Assembly (NCBI RefSeq): GCF_000281045.1
Contig: NW_008246096.1
Coordinates: 464,497 to 528,496, forward strand
Source: Saprolegnia diclina VS20
Taxonomy: Eukaryota
Length of the DNA stretch: 64,000 nucleotides
Reading direction: 5' to 3'
In this document: positions 22,891-37,300 of the stretch, one piece after another
How the letters are laid out: each line of letters starts with the position of its first letter
Numbering within the stretch: the stretch's first letter is position 1
The notes under the pieces: generated by a model
Told to the model about the DNA's origin: nothing
Database searches by the model: none
The model's input: the letters and a program-made list of their open reading frames with translations, nothing else
Translations under genes and position numbers: made by a program

Positions 22891-25800
22891 CTACTCGGTG
22901 TTGCAGAGGAGCGCGACACCGCGGAGGCCCCAATGACGTGGCGGCCGGTTCGAAGGGCACTTCATCGTGACCATAAAGATGATGTACCGGTCTGTTCGCA
23001 TCGGGTACTTGTAGCATGGGCACTCGAACGGTCCAATCGAGCCGTAGAGCTCCTTGCGCGACTTGTTTTCGAGCTCTTTCGACATGCTATTGACGTGCAG
23101 CACCGGCAGCGACGTAAAGAGCTTCTTGGGCTCCGACTCGACGAGCGTGCCGTCCTGCTTGCTCCACGTCGCGCCGTCGAGGAAGAGACCGTAGATAAGG
23201 ATACCCTCCGCGGGCGGCTGCCGCACCTGCTCGGCGCGCTCAAAGGTCGTGACTTCGGTGTGGTAGACGACGTCATCCAGCGCCCACTTATCGGTCTTGG
23301 AGTGCTTGCGCGTCACCTCTTGCTTCATCGCCGTGAGCATGCCTTGCGGGTTGAAGAAGCCCGTGAGCCAAAAGCAGTTGGGGCGGCGCGTGTTGAGCCA
23401 ATTCCGGCTCTGCTCGTCGCGCGAGAGGAGCGATGAAAACCAAAGCCCAAGGGTTGGCAGAATCCAAGAGAACTCGTCACCGACCGACGTGCGCAGCCAG
23501 GACGGCGGCACCTTGGCGTCAAAGATCGCGTTGAGCGTCCAGCTGAGCTCCTCGGTCATGACGACTTCACCGCGAATCGCCATTTGCAGCTGCGAGAGCA
23601 TCGTGCGCACCTTGGAGATGACGCGCTGGAGACGCTGAATCTCTTGGTACAAGAAGATGTTGAGCGGGATCGTGAGGCCGCCGAGGCGCTGGATCTTGGC
23701 CTTATAATCGTCTTCAATGTAGTCTTCGGGGAGACGGTCGGCGAGCTCCTTGGCTTTTTCACAAACCACGTCTTCGCGCGAGACGCCAGAGGACCCGCCA
23801 CCGCCTTTCGGCTGCGTCTCGCCAAGCGTACCCAAGAGCAGGTTGACTTCCTTCACGCGGTACGTCAAGTCGGCGTTCGGGTGGAGCCCAAAGATCTCGG
23901 GCGAGTCGACGTCCGGGAGGCTGTGGCAAAAGTTGCGGTAGTCGTCAATGTTCTCGGCGACCGGGATCCGGTAGTTGAAGTCGTTCGGAATCCGCAAGAT
24001 CGGCTCGCCCGGGTTGTAACTAAAGCTGGGCGAGCACGCTTCGGGCTGGATGCACCACTCGCAGTAGTAGTTGAACATGCGCCGGTCCAAGTTGTCGGTG
24101 ATCTTGCCGCCATACTGCACCTCGGAGACCATGTACTGCAGCGTCGGCCACGAGATCGGCCCGTTGTACAAATGCTTCTCCAAGAAGATCGTGCACGCCG
24201 AGAGGTCGCCGTTGTTGTATTCGTATGGGATGCACCACCCAAGCGGCCCAAACTTCTTGCGCTCAATCACGACCGAATGCAAAAAACACAAGTCAAAGAG
24301 CAGTTGGCGCCACTGGACCGTCTCGACGCGCTCGAGCTTTTCTTGGTCGACCATGACGGTAAACGACCGGAGAATGCCCGCGTGCAAGCCCTGCGGCGGC
24401 TCGTTGGTCACCTTGGTCGACATTTGCAGTAGTCCGAGCGGGAACTGCTCGCTCGGAAGCGCGGTCAAGAAGAGCCGAAAGTTGGCGTCCATCGTCTCGG
24501 AGAGCTTGAAGATGACGTCTTCCATTTGCTCCATGAGCTCGAGGCCGAGTTCGCAGTTTTGAAGCAGCACCCACGTGCCGTTGACGACGCCGGCGTTGAT
24601 CGCTTTCAAAGCGACGGGCTCCTGGCCTTCGCCCATGGACACGACCGCGGGCGACGGGAACTTGCGCTTGCGTGCGAGCTGCTCGATGCTCTCGGTGGGG
24701 TCGGCGCCGATCGAGAGGAGAAAGATGACTGGCGTGTCGGCCTTCATCTCGGCAAAGATGCTCTCGATCGTGTCGGTGACCGGCTCGACATAGCGCGGCC
24801 CCATCTGCGCCGTGTTGCGAATGAACTCCTTGGTGCAAAGGATCGTCCGGTCCATCCGCAGCGCGCGCACGAGGAGCAGCTTCAAGTACGGCCCCACCGA
24901 CTCGTTTTCAGCAATGCGATTTTCGTAATCCGGGATCATTGTGTTCTCTGGCTCGTTGTCCTCGTACCACCGACGCCACATGGCCTCGTTCGAGGTCATA
25001 TCGTGGGGCAGCGACGTGTAAAACTTGCACGACTGCGAGAGCTCAATGATGTTGAGCCACGCTTCGTTCGAGATCCACGAGAAGGGCTTGCGACGGACCG
25101 TGTTGATGTCGAGGGCCGCGCCACCGCGAATGAGCAGCGTCACCTCCTCGCGCGTCAAGAGCCCGTCGGTCACGAGAATCTTCATCGTCAAGAGCAGAAT
25201 GAACGTGAGCTTGTCGCATTCGTACAAGCCGCGGTTGATGTAGCGGTAGCTGATGTACGTCATGGTCTCGATGATGTTGGCAACGCGCTTGGAGGCGAGC
25301 GCGGCCTTGTCGGCCACGTCCATCGACTTCATGAAGAGCGCCAAGAACTGGTTGAGCGACGTCTGGTACATGCAGTTGACGAGCGACATTTCCACGACGG
25401 AAAAGTACAAGACCGAGCCGCGCGTCGCCACGGGCCGGAACTGCTCGCGCTTCTCGTTGATGCTTTTGCGCGTATCGGCGGCCGCAATGAGCTTGTCTTT
25501 GACTTCAGCGGCTTTTTCCTTGGTGTTGGCTAGGACTCCGATGAGCTCTTCGTCCTCGAGCAGGTTGCCCGTGTTGGACGTGAGACGCTCCAAGAGCGAC
25601 GCATCGAGGGCGAGGAGCGACTTGGTGTTGAGGTTGACGTCTTCGAGCACTTGGGCGAGCTGCTCCTCGAGGGCCTTTTGCTCCTTCCCAATGACACGCC
25701 CCAAAAGCTGCTCTTCGAGACCCTTGATCGTGACAGTAAAGTCGATCACGGTTGTCTTGGCTTGGAGCTCTGGTCCAAAATGCGGGTTGGGCAAGCGAGT

Positions 25801-28800
25801 GATAAAGTACATGGAGAACGCCGGGTTGAACTCCATGTTCTTGTCCGAGACGTTGATCGAGAGGCTTCGGCCCTTGACGATGATCTGGCGCTCCAAGACT
25901 GGGTCCAGCATTGGGTCAATGTCTTCTTCGACGCCCGTAATGACGAGCGCACGGCCTTCGCCCATGCAATACTCGAGCTGGTCCTTTAGCTTTGGATGGT
26001 TGAGCGCCGTCGAGCCGTAGCTGGGCATGCGCAGCGCCTCGCGGTTCTTGATCCACGACAGCGCTTGGCCTTGCGGATCCACGAGCAGCGGATAGCGCGA
26101 CGAGCGCGTGACCATGATACCGTTCTGGATCGAGAGCGAGTCGGTCGGGAGTCCCTGAATGTTCCAGTCGCCGATCGTGCCAATGTCGACAAGGAACGTG
26201 ATGATGTCGAGGTCCGACGTCACGGGCACGCTGCGGATCTCGCAGTCCGGAATGAACTTGTTCATGACCATGTAGTGCCGGAAGTCTTGGTTGAACGGAC
26301 CGCAGTAGGAGACGAAGGCACAGGCCACCGCGCAGTCGCCGACCATGCGCCGCTTGAGATCGGCAAAGTTGTTCGAGTCGTCGGTCCAGCGCACACGCTC
26401 GCCCGCAAGACCGTTGATCAAGTCGGACGCTTGCTGCATCTTGCGCGCGAGGGCGTTGGCGCCGTCCTCGATGCGCTTCTTCTCGGCCATTTGCGACTCG
26501 AACATCTGCTGGAGCTCCGTGAGCCGCTCCTTGCACTTGAGCAAGCGGAGCTCGGCAGCGGCGAGCGCCTTGTTGGCGGCCTCCATTTGGCCTTCCGCAA
26601 TCATGAGCGCTTCGAGCTTGGGCTTCACGACCTTGGACGCTTCGTGGTAAAACTTCATCGCGCGCACCCACGTACAGAGCCCTTCAGCTGCAAGCGACGC
26701 GTTCTTGGCGACCGCCGGTAAGAACCCCTCGAGCTCCATGTACGGACAGAGGAGCTCGATGGTCTCTTCGTTGATCATGTCCTTCCCGACAGCGCCAAAC
26801 GTTTGGACGTTTTTGAGAAAGTTGCTGTCGCCCATCACTTGCTGCGCAAAGGGCGAGAACGACGTCTCGATAAAGTCAATGTCTTGCTTGGCGACGTTGA
26901 GTTTGGCTTGTTTGACAGTGTTGAGTTGACTTTGAAAGAGAATGAGGACGCCGTCGAACACGAGACGGATGATATCGGCGGGCTTGGCGAGCTTCTTGAT
27001 TTCACCAATGTGCGCGGGCTTGATCGAGTCGATGGCCGTCTCGGCTTCCTCGACAAACGGCTTGGCTTTGGCCAAGTCGGTCTCGCAAGCCGCTTTTTCA
27101 GCGCCAATGCGCACGGCGTCTTCTTCGCACTTGGCTTTGATGGCTGCGACCTGCTCGCCTTCCTTGTACGCCTCGGCCGACGACACTTGGAGCGACTGGA
27201 GCATCGCGTTCGTCTCTTCTGTCGCTTTTTGGAGCTTGATTTGCTCGTCGGCGAGTACGATCGACATGGCTTTGACGTCTTCGGCGCCTTGAATGAGCTT
27301 CTTGAGCCCCAGGTTCACGCGCTGCTCTTTCACTTTGATCTCTTCAATCTTGATACTGTACATCTTCTTGTACGACTCGATGAAGCTCAAGTAGGACTTG
27401 GGTGTTTGGTACACGCGCCGGCGCATCTTTTGAAAGTACTCGTCACAGAGGTCGGTGACGATGCGGTGGACCATGCCCATGTGCGTCATCAAGGCGAGGC
27501 GCGTCACGTCGTCGCACTCCATTGGGTAGTCGAGGACAAAGCCTTTCGAGACAGCAATGAGTGCGTCTTCGGGCCACGTGAGGAACCAATCGATGGTCGG
27601 GCCCGAGATCAAGCCGGGGAACTTGCGCGCGCGATCGGCAAACTTGGCGTTGAGCGGCGACATGCACAGCACGACGTGGAGGTTGTCGCGGACGCCGTCG
27701 ATAAAGTACTGTTTGAGGTTCGCCTGCGTATCGGGGAGACCTGGTCGATCTTTGACGAACGCGTTCCGGAGGTCGGCGGTCATGGCCATCATCTCATCCT
27801 TTGCAAACAAACCGGCCACTTCGCCCGTCATGAGCACCGAGTTGAGAAGCTCGAGGAAGATTTCGTTCTTGATCTCCGAGTCGGTAAAGAGAAACGTCGT
27901 CGACTTCTTCAGGTGCCCCGCGCTCTTGTACAACACACGGAGGTCGTCCATGAACGAGTTGGTGTTGTACGTCTTGGTGAGTGTCACCTGGAACGCGGTC
28001 GACTGCGCCATGTAGGCTGCAAGCCGCGTCAACGACTGCTTCCCGGACCCGCCGACACCGACGAGGAGCGCAGAGCCGCGTGGCATTTCGAGAAGCCGAG
28101 ACAGACGCAGTAGATGCCCGAGCGCGTCATCAAAGAGCACGAGGCGCATGACGCGCTGCGGGTACTCGGTGTTGTACTTGGCCAAAAACTGGTTGACGCG
28201 GGCCCGAACCTCTTCGAGCGTCCCACCCGGTTCGTACCTACGTCCTCGTTGTAGCCATCAACAGATAGAGAGAGGAGTTATGTACACTTTGGGGACAAAG
28301 TCGTCAACAACACCTTCTTCGTTCTCGGCGGGATCCCGCAAAAAGTTGACCATGTAGAAGGGTTGGCGCACCTTGGCTTCCATCTCGTCACCGAAATGGC
28401 CTTTGAGGAGCTCACGCATGTACGCTTGGTACACATCCTTGTCCTTGTAGTTGGTCAGCTTGTCGGAGAAGACGCGCTCGCACTCATGCCGCCACACCAT
28501 CACGATGAGCTGCCCTTGATCGAGCTTGTCCATCTTGCCTTCTTCGACGCGGAAGCCGCCGCCCGACGCAAAAGTCTCGGCCGGCGTCAACAGCACGCCT
28601 TGGAAGACGCGGCTGAGTTCGCGCATGTTGAAGATGTAATGAAACTTGGCCGGCGTCGGGAGGAGCTTGGCTTTCATGTAGTTCCAGAGATCGATCGTGG
28701 CGCGCGTGAGCTTGCCAGCCATTTCGATCGCATCTTTCGAGTACGAGTCGGGCGTGAAGCGCCCGGCGAGCATTTGGCCGTAAATGTCATCGATGGACGT

Positions 28801-31800
28801 CAACGACGGCAGCACGAGGTTGAAGAGAAAGAACTGCCGCTTGAGACGGTTGGGAATGTCGTTGCGACCGCCCCCCGGGTGGCCCATCGCGCCGACGTAC
28901 TGCAGATCTTCACACACCTTGAAGTCGCCGCGCCGGTCTTTTGAGAGGAAGCAGAACCCGCTGCACTCGATGATGAGGCGGACGATCTCGAGCGTCGGCT
29001 GGTCACCCCACGCGTTCACGAGTGGCATGCTCAGATCGTCGAGGAAGATCGTCATCTTCTTGCCGTTGGGCGGGCCAAAGCTCTTGCCACCGCGTTTGTC
29101 GAGCTCCGATTCGACTGCGGTCTGAAACATAAAGGGCGTCGTCGCACTAGAAAAGTTGACGCGCTTCACGAGCATCGTGTCAGGGTTGAGCTCGTTGAAG
29201 TACATGAGCGCGCACGACGTCTTGGCGGTACCGAGGCCGCCGACCATGAGGACCGGCTTCTTTTGCTTGTGGAGGTTCTCAATCAAGTACAGAGTTCGGA
29301 CCGAGTCCATCGTCGGTACGAGCAAGTTGGAGAAATCGAGTTTGTCGCCTTTTGGGTAGTTCCATTTCGGTGGTCGCCAAACTTTCCACTCGAACGTCGC
29401 GGGATCGACAAAGTGCTCGTACACGAGGTTGCCATCGACGACCTTGGGCAGCAAATTCTGGTCGTCGAGGTTGCGCAGCCACTCGTCAAACTTGACGCGG
29501 TCTTCTGGCTCGAGCAGCTGCCCGACGCTCCACGCAATGCAGTACAAAAAGAGCTTCTCGAGCTGCTTCTGCAGTGTCCCCGGGTCTTCTGAGAGCGAGT
29601 TGCCGTGGTCGCCGAGGAGGAGACCCGTCATGAGGTTGTACAAGCGACTCGCTTGGCCGACGCGCGAGACGGGCATGACACCAGACGTGTTGCGCGCGAG
29701 ATAGTCGAACGCGATACCAGGGAGCAGCGGCGAGTTCTCGCCCATGTACTTGCTAAAGAGGTTGCGCAAAATCTCTTGGTGCGACGCCGGCCGCTTCCGA
29801 ATCCACGCTTCGACGACCGGCGCCCAGTCGAGGTCCGTGTCCGAGACAAAGACAATGCCGGCGCGGCTCACCGTGGCCGGCGATGCGTTCACAAGTGTCT
29901 CGACCTCAAACATGAGCTTGACGTTGTCCGTCATGGGCATGCGGTCGCCGTTGGCGAGCGTCAGAATCTTGTTGTCGTCAAGGACTGTGTTGAGATCTTC
30001 GATCCAAATCGCATCAACCGGCCCGTCGCAGATCATCCACATGATAAACTTGTTGCTCTTCTGGTTGTACTTGCTCCACATGGCCGCAAAGACGCCGGTG
30101 GTCCACTCGCCCGACATCGGGTCGACCTCGCCGTACATCTCGGCGGCGCGGATCGCTTTTGGGTTGAGCCGCGACTGCTTGTGGTTGATCGTGGTTGTGA
30201 ACGTGAGCGCTTGCTGGAGTACCTCAAAGATGCGCGACTTGCCACCGCCCGTGGGACCGACGAGCATGATGCCATGCCGCACGAGCTGCGTCTCGTAGAG
30301 CTGGATCACCTTGTTGAGCCAGCCCGGGTGGTTGACAAGCCCAATTTTGTCGATTTCCGTCAGCACCGCGGCTTCGAGCTCGGGGTAGACGCCTTTTGGT
30401 GGCGGCGGCACGGTCGGGAACAAGTCTTGCAGGAGCGAGAGGAAGAGCGGGACGTCTTGCGCGACGAGCTTGGAGAGGTTCATATCGCGCAGTGTCTGGA
30501 AGAGGAGCTTGGCCTCGAGGTCGTTGCGGTTGTCGCGCTTGATCTTGCCGGCGCTTCGGAGCACGGCGAGAATGTTGCGGAGACCCCAGTCGTAGTGCTT
30601 TTGCGCCGAGAGCTGCTCCTTGCACGTCGAGTACAAGATGAAGAATTTCTTGGCGAGCTCTTGGTACTCGAGATAGCCCACCGAACAGAGCTTGACCTTC
30701 ATGATGATCTCAAAGTCCGGGACCATCATGGCGACGCCGCGGAAGAGCGCCTTGAGGTTCTCTGGCAGTTCTTGCCGACCGGCGTACCCGGGGTTCATCG
30801 TGATGAAGAAGCCGCACACGGGCAAAAGCAAGATGTTTTGCGGGTCGCCAGGAAACTGGAAGAACTTGACGCCCGTCTTCTTGCCGTTCTGGATCGCGAG
30901 CACTTGCTGCGCCACGACCGACAAGACGGGCAGCTGAATGCGGTTGAACTCGTCAAAGCAACCCCAGAGACCGCCCTGGCACAGTCCCTTGAAGATCTTG
31001 GCGCAGTCCGTGTACTTTTGCTGATCGGTGCAGTTGGTCACAACGACATAGATCCCCAGCGTCCGCCCAAGATCTTTGACCGTCTCGGTCTTGCCCGTGC
31101 CGGCGGGGCCCGCGGGGGCGCCGCCAAAGTACATGCCGAGTGCTTGGGCGAGCGTAATGTAGCATCGATCCGTGAGCGGCGTCACGACCAGTCGCTCTTT
31201 CGAGCCGAGGTACTCGAATTGGTAGTTGAAGTCGACGTCCGTGATTGAGACGACGCACGCGCCATCGGCAGTAAACTCGTCGGCGTTGTTGGGCCGCCAA
31301 TAGAAGCGAGCTTGTTTCAGCCACTCGAAATCGTTCGGGTCGGAAATCTTCTTTTGCTTGTAGAGCAGCGCCAAGTCGCTCATGACGTCGCGCTGGTGGA
31401 CGTGGATCGTCACGAGCGTCTCGATCTTGACGCGGTTTTGCTTGGAGCCGAGATCCTGGAGGCACCACGATGAGAGCTCAATGAGCACTTGGAGCTGCTT
31501 CTGGCTCATGTCCTTCATCGCGTTCTTCTTGCTGCGGCACTGCTCGAGCGCAGTTTGCACGTCGTTCGTCCACATCATTTGGATACCGAGGAGCGCAAAC
31601 TGGGCCACGTAGCGATCGACAAAGTCCCGCATGCGCTTGATGTCGGCGCTCATTGCACCAACGTCACTGGCGCAATGGCGGCAAATGTCCTTCATCGTGA
31701 GCTGCATGGACCGCAGAAGCGACGCAAGCCAGTCTTCAATGTTGCCTTGCGCTTTCACAATCGACGAAAAGCGCACTTCGTCGACGCCCGAGACCATCGT

Positions 31801-34800
31801 ATGAATGAGCGTCTTGTCCTTCTTGTCGTGGATGACGCGCTCGATCGAGTCAAACACCTTTTCATAGTGCTCGTTCATGCTCAGCGGGTCGGAGCCTTGC
31901 GAGAGGATCATGAGAAGACCGGGATTCGATACAAAGTAGAAGCGCGGAAACTTGTTGCGCTTCTGCTCGAGGTAGCCTTCGAGCGACTTTTGGCACTTTT
32001 CGAGCTCGCTGTACATGTTGGGGAGGCACGACTTGAGGAGCTCGCTCGCACAGCACTGGACCGCGTTCTTGATCTCGACCGACTTCGTCATGATCTTGGC
32101 CCAGTCCTTGTCGATCTTTTGAAACTTCTTGGCTTCGACCGGCATTTGCTTGGCAATGTCGCCGCCCGTGAAGACCGACTCGAGCGAGCACCATAGCATT
32201 TGCACTTTGATCCAGCGTTCGAGCGTCTCGCTCGTGTCGCTGAGCTGCTCGAGCTTTTGCTGCGCCACCTCCTTGAACGGCAGCACGTGGCGCATGCTGA
32301 GCATCGTCTGGAGGTTCATTTGCGCTTCCTCAAGGGCCTCGACGACCGGCACGACGCCTTTGAGCACCGGTACGTTGCGGTTCTTCCAGTCGTTGAATTG
32401 AAACTCTTCGGCGTCCCAGTGCTCGTTGATTTCGGCGAGCGCGATCTCGATCTTGAGCTGCTTGTCGGCGCCGTCCGTGATCTCTTCGATCTCGGTCTTG
32501 TAGAGCACAATGTTGGCGTCCATGAGCGCTTGGAGCTTGAAGTCGGCCGCGTTCACATCAAAGGATGTGCTCGTCTTCTCCATGACGGCGTCCCAATGGC
32601 GCGGCTTGATGGACGGTTTGCTGAGCTCTTGGAGCAGCGGGAGGATGTCGGTAAAGTCATCAATCATCTTCTTCAAGACCGCGTACGCCTCCCACTCGCG
32701 GAGCTTGGCCGGCATCTTCTTGCAGCGGTTCGAGAAGCCGTCGACCTTCTCGGTCATCGACTGCATGTTTTGTGCGACTTGGACCCACGGAATGGTCTTC
32801 CACTCTTCGAGCGTGCTAAGGACGTCGACGTACAAGCCAAAGAGCTTGTCTTGGAGCTGGAGCTCCTTCTTGGTCATCTCGAGCTCCGGGTAGCTCGTTT
32901 TCGGTAAGCCAAAGAGCTCTTCGCCCGACGTGTAGAGATCTTGCTTGCGCTCGCGAATCTTGTACTCTTCTTTGTACCGGTTCAAGCGCTCGACGGCTTC
33001 GGACGCCGAGATGCCAATGACCATGGGTCCGTTGGCCAAAAAGTCTTCTCGAAAGTGCTTGACGTCGACAAGGAACTCCTTGATATCGCGGAGAAGCCCG
33101 CGCTTGAAGCCCGCCTGCGTCTTGGAGAGCTCGTCCGTGCGCGTCTCGGCGTGGTGGATGAGCTTGCGCCAGTTGCTCCGCAGCACGGACTTCTGGTCCA
33201 TCTCTTCCTTCTCCATAAAGCCGTCCGGAAGGTAGTACTCGAGCATCTCGTACATGTCCAAGACCGGGTTGATCTCCATGTTGATGCCGCTCTCGCGCGC
33301 GCGGACTTCTTTGAGGAGGTTCATGACGAACCGGAGCGAGTCGAGGTCCACGACCTTGCGGTTGAGCTTGCCCATCATGCTGCGGAAGTACTCGGTGAGC
33401 GACTCCATCTTTTTGCGCGCTTGATTGTGTAAATTGTCGCTGTACTTGAGCTTCCACTGCGCGTTCTCGTGCTTGAGCTGGAGCTTGATGTTGCGCGTAT
33501 TTAGCGAGAGCGCGCCAATGTTGTGCACCGCTATAAGCGTCAAATTCAAGTGTTGAGTTGACGTATTTGAGATATGCAAGTGTACCCGGGATCGCCGTAA
33601 TGTCTTCGTCAATAATGACAAACGATTTGAGTTTGCGCTCAAAGTCCTGGAGCTCGGGGCTCTTTTTGAGAAAGTCGTCGTACGACACGTCCTTGTTCTC
33701 CATCCAGAGCCACTCGTACTGCTTGAAGGACGCGAGGTACTCGGTGACGCTGTTGCGCAAGCCCTGGACGCTGCCCGTCAAGAGCAAGACGACGCGGACG
33801 ATCTCAATGTCTTTGGTGATGCGCTCGAAAAACGTCGTCTTCTCTTCCTTTGGCACATCGGCTTGGCCCCAGTCGTAGAGCTCTTTGGCGGCTGCGAGGA
33901 CGGTCTGGGCCGCGCGGTTGATCGCCAACTGGATGTCGTCGAGGCTCGGCGAGAGCTGGACGCGCGGGATACTCAGCTGCACGTCGACTTCAAAGAACGG
34001 CCGGTCTGTCGCGAGCGGCGTGGCGCCGGCGCGGGACGCCACGCGCTTCTTGACGCTGTTGAGCGAGTTCTTTGTGCAATGGAGCAGCGCTTGGTACATA
34101 AAGTGGTTGTAGTGCTTCTTGAGCTTCATCGCTTCTTCGGTCGAGACGCTCTCGATGTGCGAGTCGAGCGGGTACTGCGTAATGATCTTGAGCAAGTCCT
34201 CGACCGCGTTCTCAATCTCAATGTTCTTGCCTTGGAGAAGCGCGCCAGCGCGGCGAATGTTGGAGCCTTGCATCGACACAAACTCGTCGAGCGAGAACGA
34301 CTGGTCCGTCGGGAGGTCCACGAGCATCGTCTTGGACACGATGCGCAGATTCTTCTCGACGCGGTTCTCGATGATGTCGTTGATGTTGGTCACGAGCTCC
34401 TCGAGCCGCTGGAGCCCCGTGTGCACGTGGTTGCGGTACGCTTCAATGTTCATGCTCGTCCACGTGAGCGTGATCATGCCCGGCCGGAGCTTGAACTCCA
34501 TGTCGTTGAAGTGCGGCCGCAGCAGCATCGCGGTGACGGGAATGACCTTGGTCACGATCCGGTCGTACTCGGAGAGCGCGAATTGGAGTTCGTTGAAGTA
34601 GTTTTTGAACTTTTCTTCTTGGAGGAGCACGATTTTCGCCGACTCGGGGATCTCAATGCCCATGCGATCGAGGCACTTGGCTTCGCGGAGGAGCTGGAGG
34701 ATCTCTGGGTCAAAGTTGACGTACAAAATGTTGTCTTCGGGGTGGCGAATGATGAGCGTGGCTTGGAGCCCGGCTTTCGCCGTGTCGATGTACTGCACCC

Positions 34801-36883
34801 ACGCTTGGTACCAAATGTACTCGAACGCGACGAGCGTCCGCGCGACCTTGTTGTACATGCGGATGATGCGCTTCGCGTCCTTGCTCGCGAGGACGTTCTG
34901 GTTGGACTCGAACTTCTTCATTGGCTCCTCAATGCGCTTGAGGAGGTGGCGCGACCACGTAATGTTGCCGGCGACGGGCGGGAGGTTGCGGGGATACGGT
35001 GGGTTGTGCTTATGGCGCTCGTACTGCTGCAAGACGTGCTCGAGCTCGAGCCCGTAATTTTGGAAAATGACGTTGAACTTGGAGTCAAGATCGGACTTGA
35101 GGTTTTCGCGCTGGAGAATCGTTTGAAATTTGCGCAGCAAGTTGAGCGAGTGCTCGATGCTCGTAATGTTCTCGAACGAGTCGTTGATGAACTTTTGCAG
35201 GAGCCCTTCGAGGTCCGAGATGCGCACGTTGAACTCGACGTAATCGCGGTCGAATCGGTTGTTGCGGTAGTCGAGCAGGTCGTGGTTGCGCAGCCGAAAC
35301 TCGCGGATGACGCCGTTGAACTTGCCAATGAGCTCGTCCATGCCCTCGAGCTTGTGCTGCCCGAGCGACGAGAACTGGTGGATGGTCGTAAACATGTCGA
35401 TGAGCTTGATGATGCGCCGGCAAAAAAGGTCAAACTTGCCAAAGATCTGCATCTCGTTGAACTCAAACTGCTTGCCTTTCGGCATCGCAAACAGCTTGTC
35501 CTTGGTCGCACGGTACTGCTGCTGGTACGCCTCGTTGAGCTTGAGGCACGAGTCGAGGTTCCGCACGAGCTCTTCCGGCTCCTTGCTCCACATGACCTCG
35601 AACGTCTCGCCGCCCGTGATGCAGCCCTTGCAGTTGGTGATCATTTGATTCGTAATCTTGGTCAAGAGCGACGCCATGCGCTCGGACGTGTTGTAGTAGC
35701 GCGCGATCGAGTGGATCATCTTGATCGAGTTCATGAGCGCGGGCAGCGTGTCGATGATCGTGTTGGGCGTCCCCGAGTAGAGCGGCACAATGAACTTTTC
35801 GAGCGTAAACAAGTACTTGACGTTGTCTTTTGCTTCGTTGGTTGCTTCTGTGATGCTAATGTCGGTCTGCTTCCAGCGCCGGAGCAGCGTCTGGATGCGC
35901 TGCTTCGTGTCGTCGCTCACGTTCTTGGAGGTCCGCGACAAGACGAAGAAGACGTCCTTGTATTCGTTCGACTTGAGCTGCTCCGTGATCGACGTCAAGC
36001 GCTGCATGCGCCGGCGCCAATACTCGAGCTCGCCCATCGGCCCGTCGTCGTCGATCTCGTCGTCCTTGTTCTTGCCGTCGCCTGTCGTGTTGGTCTCGAG
36101 GTACGTTGAAATCACGTCGCACCACTCCTTCAAGACGTCTTCATAGTGCGCAATGACCTGCGGCGACTCGCTCACGGCTACGCCGCGCGTGCCCGCGTTC
36201 TCGTGTTCGCGATCGGGCCGGCGGAGCTCGAGTCCGCTGTCCATGCTGTGGAGAGCCTCCTGTATCGATATGCAGTATAAGACACTATCATGCAACAACA
36301 GCACGAACCTTGAGGTCGTTGGCAAACTTCTCCGACTCGGTCATAAACTCGACGCGAAGGTCCGGGTCGGCCTTGCCCCAGTCTTCGCGCGCTTTGAAGA
36401 GCGGCGTGAAGAGCTGCGAGAGCGTCGCTTCGAGGTCGCGAAGGACGTTGGGCGCGAGTTCGCCAAAGAGAAGCGTCCCGTCGCTGGCCTACGGCGAAGG
36501 TCAACCTCTGTCGTCGCAATGTACGCGCGTGTACCTTGGTCGTGTCGACGGCTTTTCCATCGGCTGTGACGCGCAGAAAGTAACAACACTTGGACCGGAT
36601 CGGGATCGTGTTGCCCGCCGACGCCGTAAGCCGCGTGCGCGACGCATCGCCCTTGTCGGCCGGCTACAAGCACGATGGTATGCGAGGCGACAAGATATCA
36701 ATGACGTACGTCGGCTTGGAAGTGGATGAAGATCTTGCTAACGTCCTTGGCGCCGACGAGATCGTCCCAGAGCTTCTTGGTCGACGGCGCCGATAAGAAC
36801 TCGTTGACTTCGCTGGTGGACACGAGTGGCTCGAAGCTCTCGACGATGCGCGTCGCGACCCACTGCATGCGCGCGCTGGCCAT
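22891..36883 (-). CDS. Axonemal outer-arm dynein heavy chain, gamma type (DNAH5/8, Chlamydomonas ODA2-like), about 4582 aa, 6 exons
   Basis: P-loops GPAGTGKT, GPTGGGKS, GGLGTAKT, GVGGSGKQ; CFDEFNRI; C-terminal HWGLRGVALLC; introns 36664-36709, 36489-36534, 36260-36308, 33531-33585 and 28238-28285 give one continuous frame. Confidence 0.95.
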
Positions 36884-37300
36884 CGTGACGGCGACGAGTC
36901 GGCTTGCTTCGCGTCTCTTGACCAAACGCAGACTGGCACGCCTCCTCAAGATACCGTTTCGCGCTGAAAATGAACACAACATGTTTTGAGTTGAGTTTCA
37001 TGTCATTCTGTCCGCAACGTCGCAAGTTTTGCAGAGTGCGCGTGAACGCTAAGGGCATGTTGCGCTGCGTATTCGAAACGAGTCATGCGCCGTCGATGCA
37101 CATCGCCGTATCGCTGCCCGTGCATTGTCGACGAGCAAAGATCGACGGGCTTGTATGTTTTGAGTTTGAGTTTGACTGGGAACCATCACTCTTGCACGTG
37201 CGTTTCATGTTTCCACGCCGCTTTGTTCGAAAAACCGCGTTAGAAGAACCCACCTCAACCGTTCGGTTCCAACCGGTTGGAAGGGATCCGCCACGCCGAG
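36884..37300. promoter_or_regulatory. Putative bidirectional promoter between dynein HC and CCDC61
   Basis: 417 bp between divergent ATGs; contains perfect palindrome TTCCAACCGGTTGGAA (37267-37282). Confidence 0.55.

Noticed and set aside
33863..36109. 748-aa plus-strand ORF (and similar ones at 29605-31248, 26803-28113, 41860-42993, 634-1680)
   Set aside because: These are antisense shadows of real genes, caused by GC-rich third-position codon bias; they have no recognisable motifs.
22891..36325. Three large dynein ORFs in different frames, suggesting frameshifts or a split gene
   Set aside because: Short canonical GT-AG introns join them into one frame.
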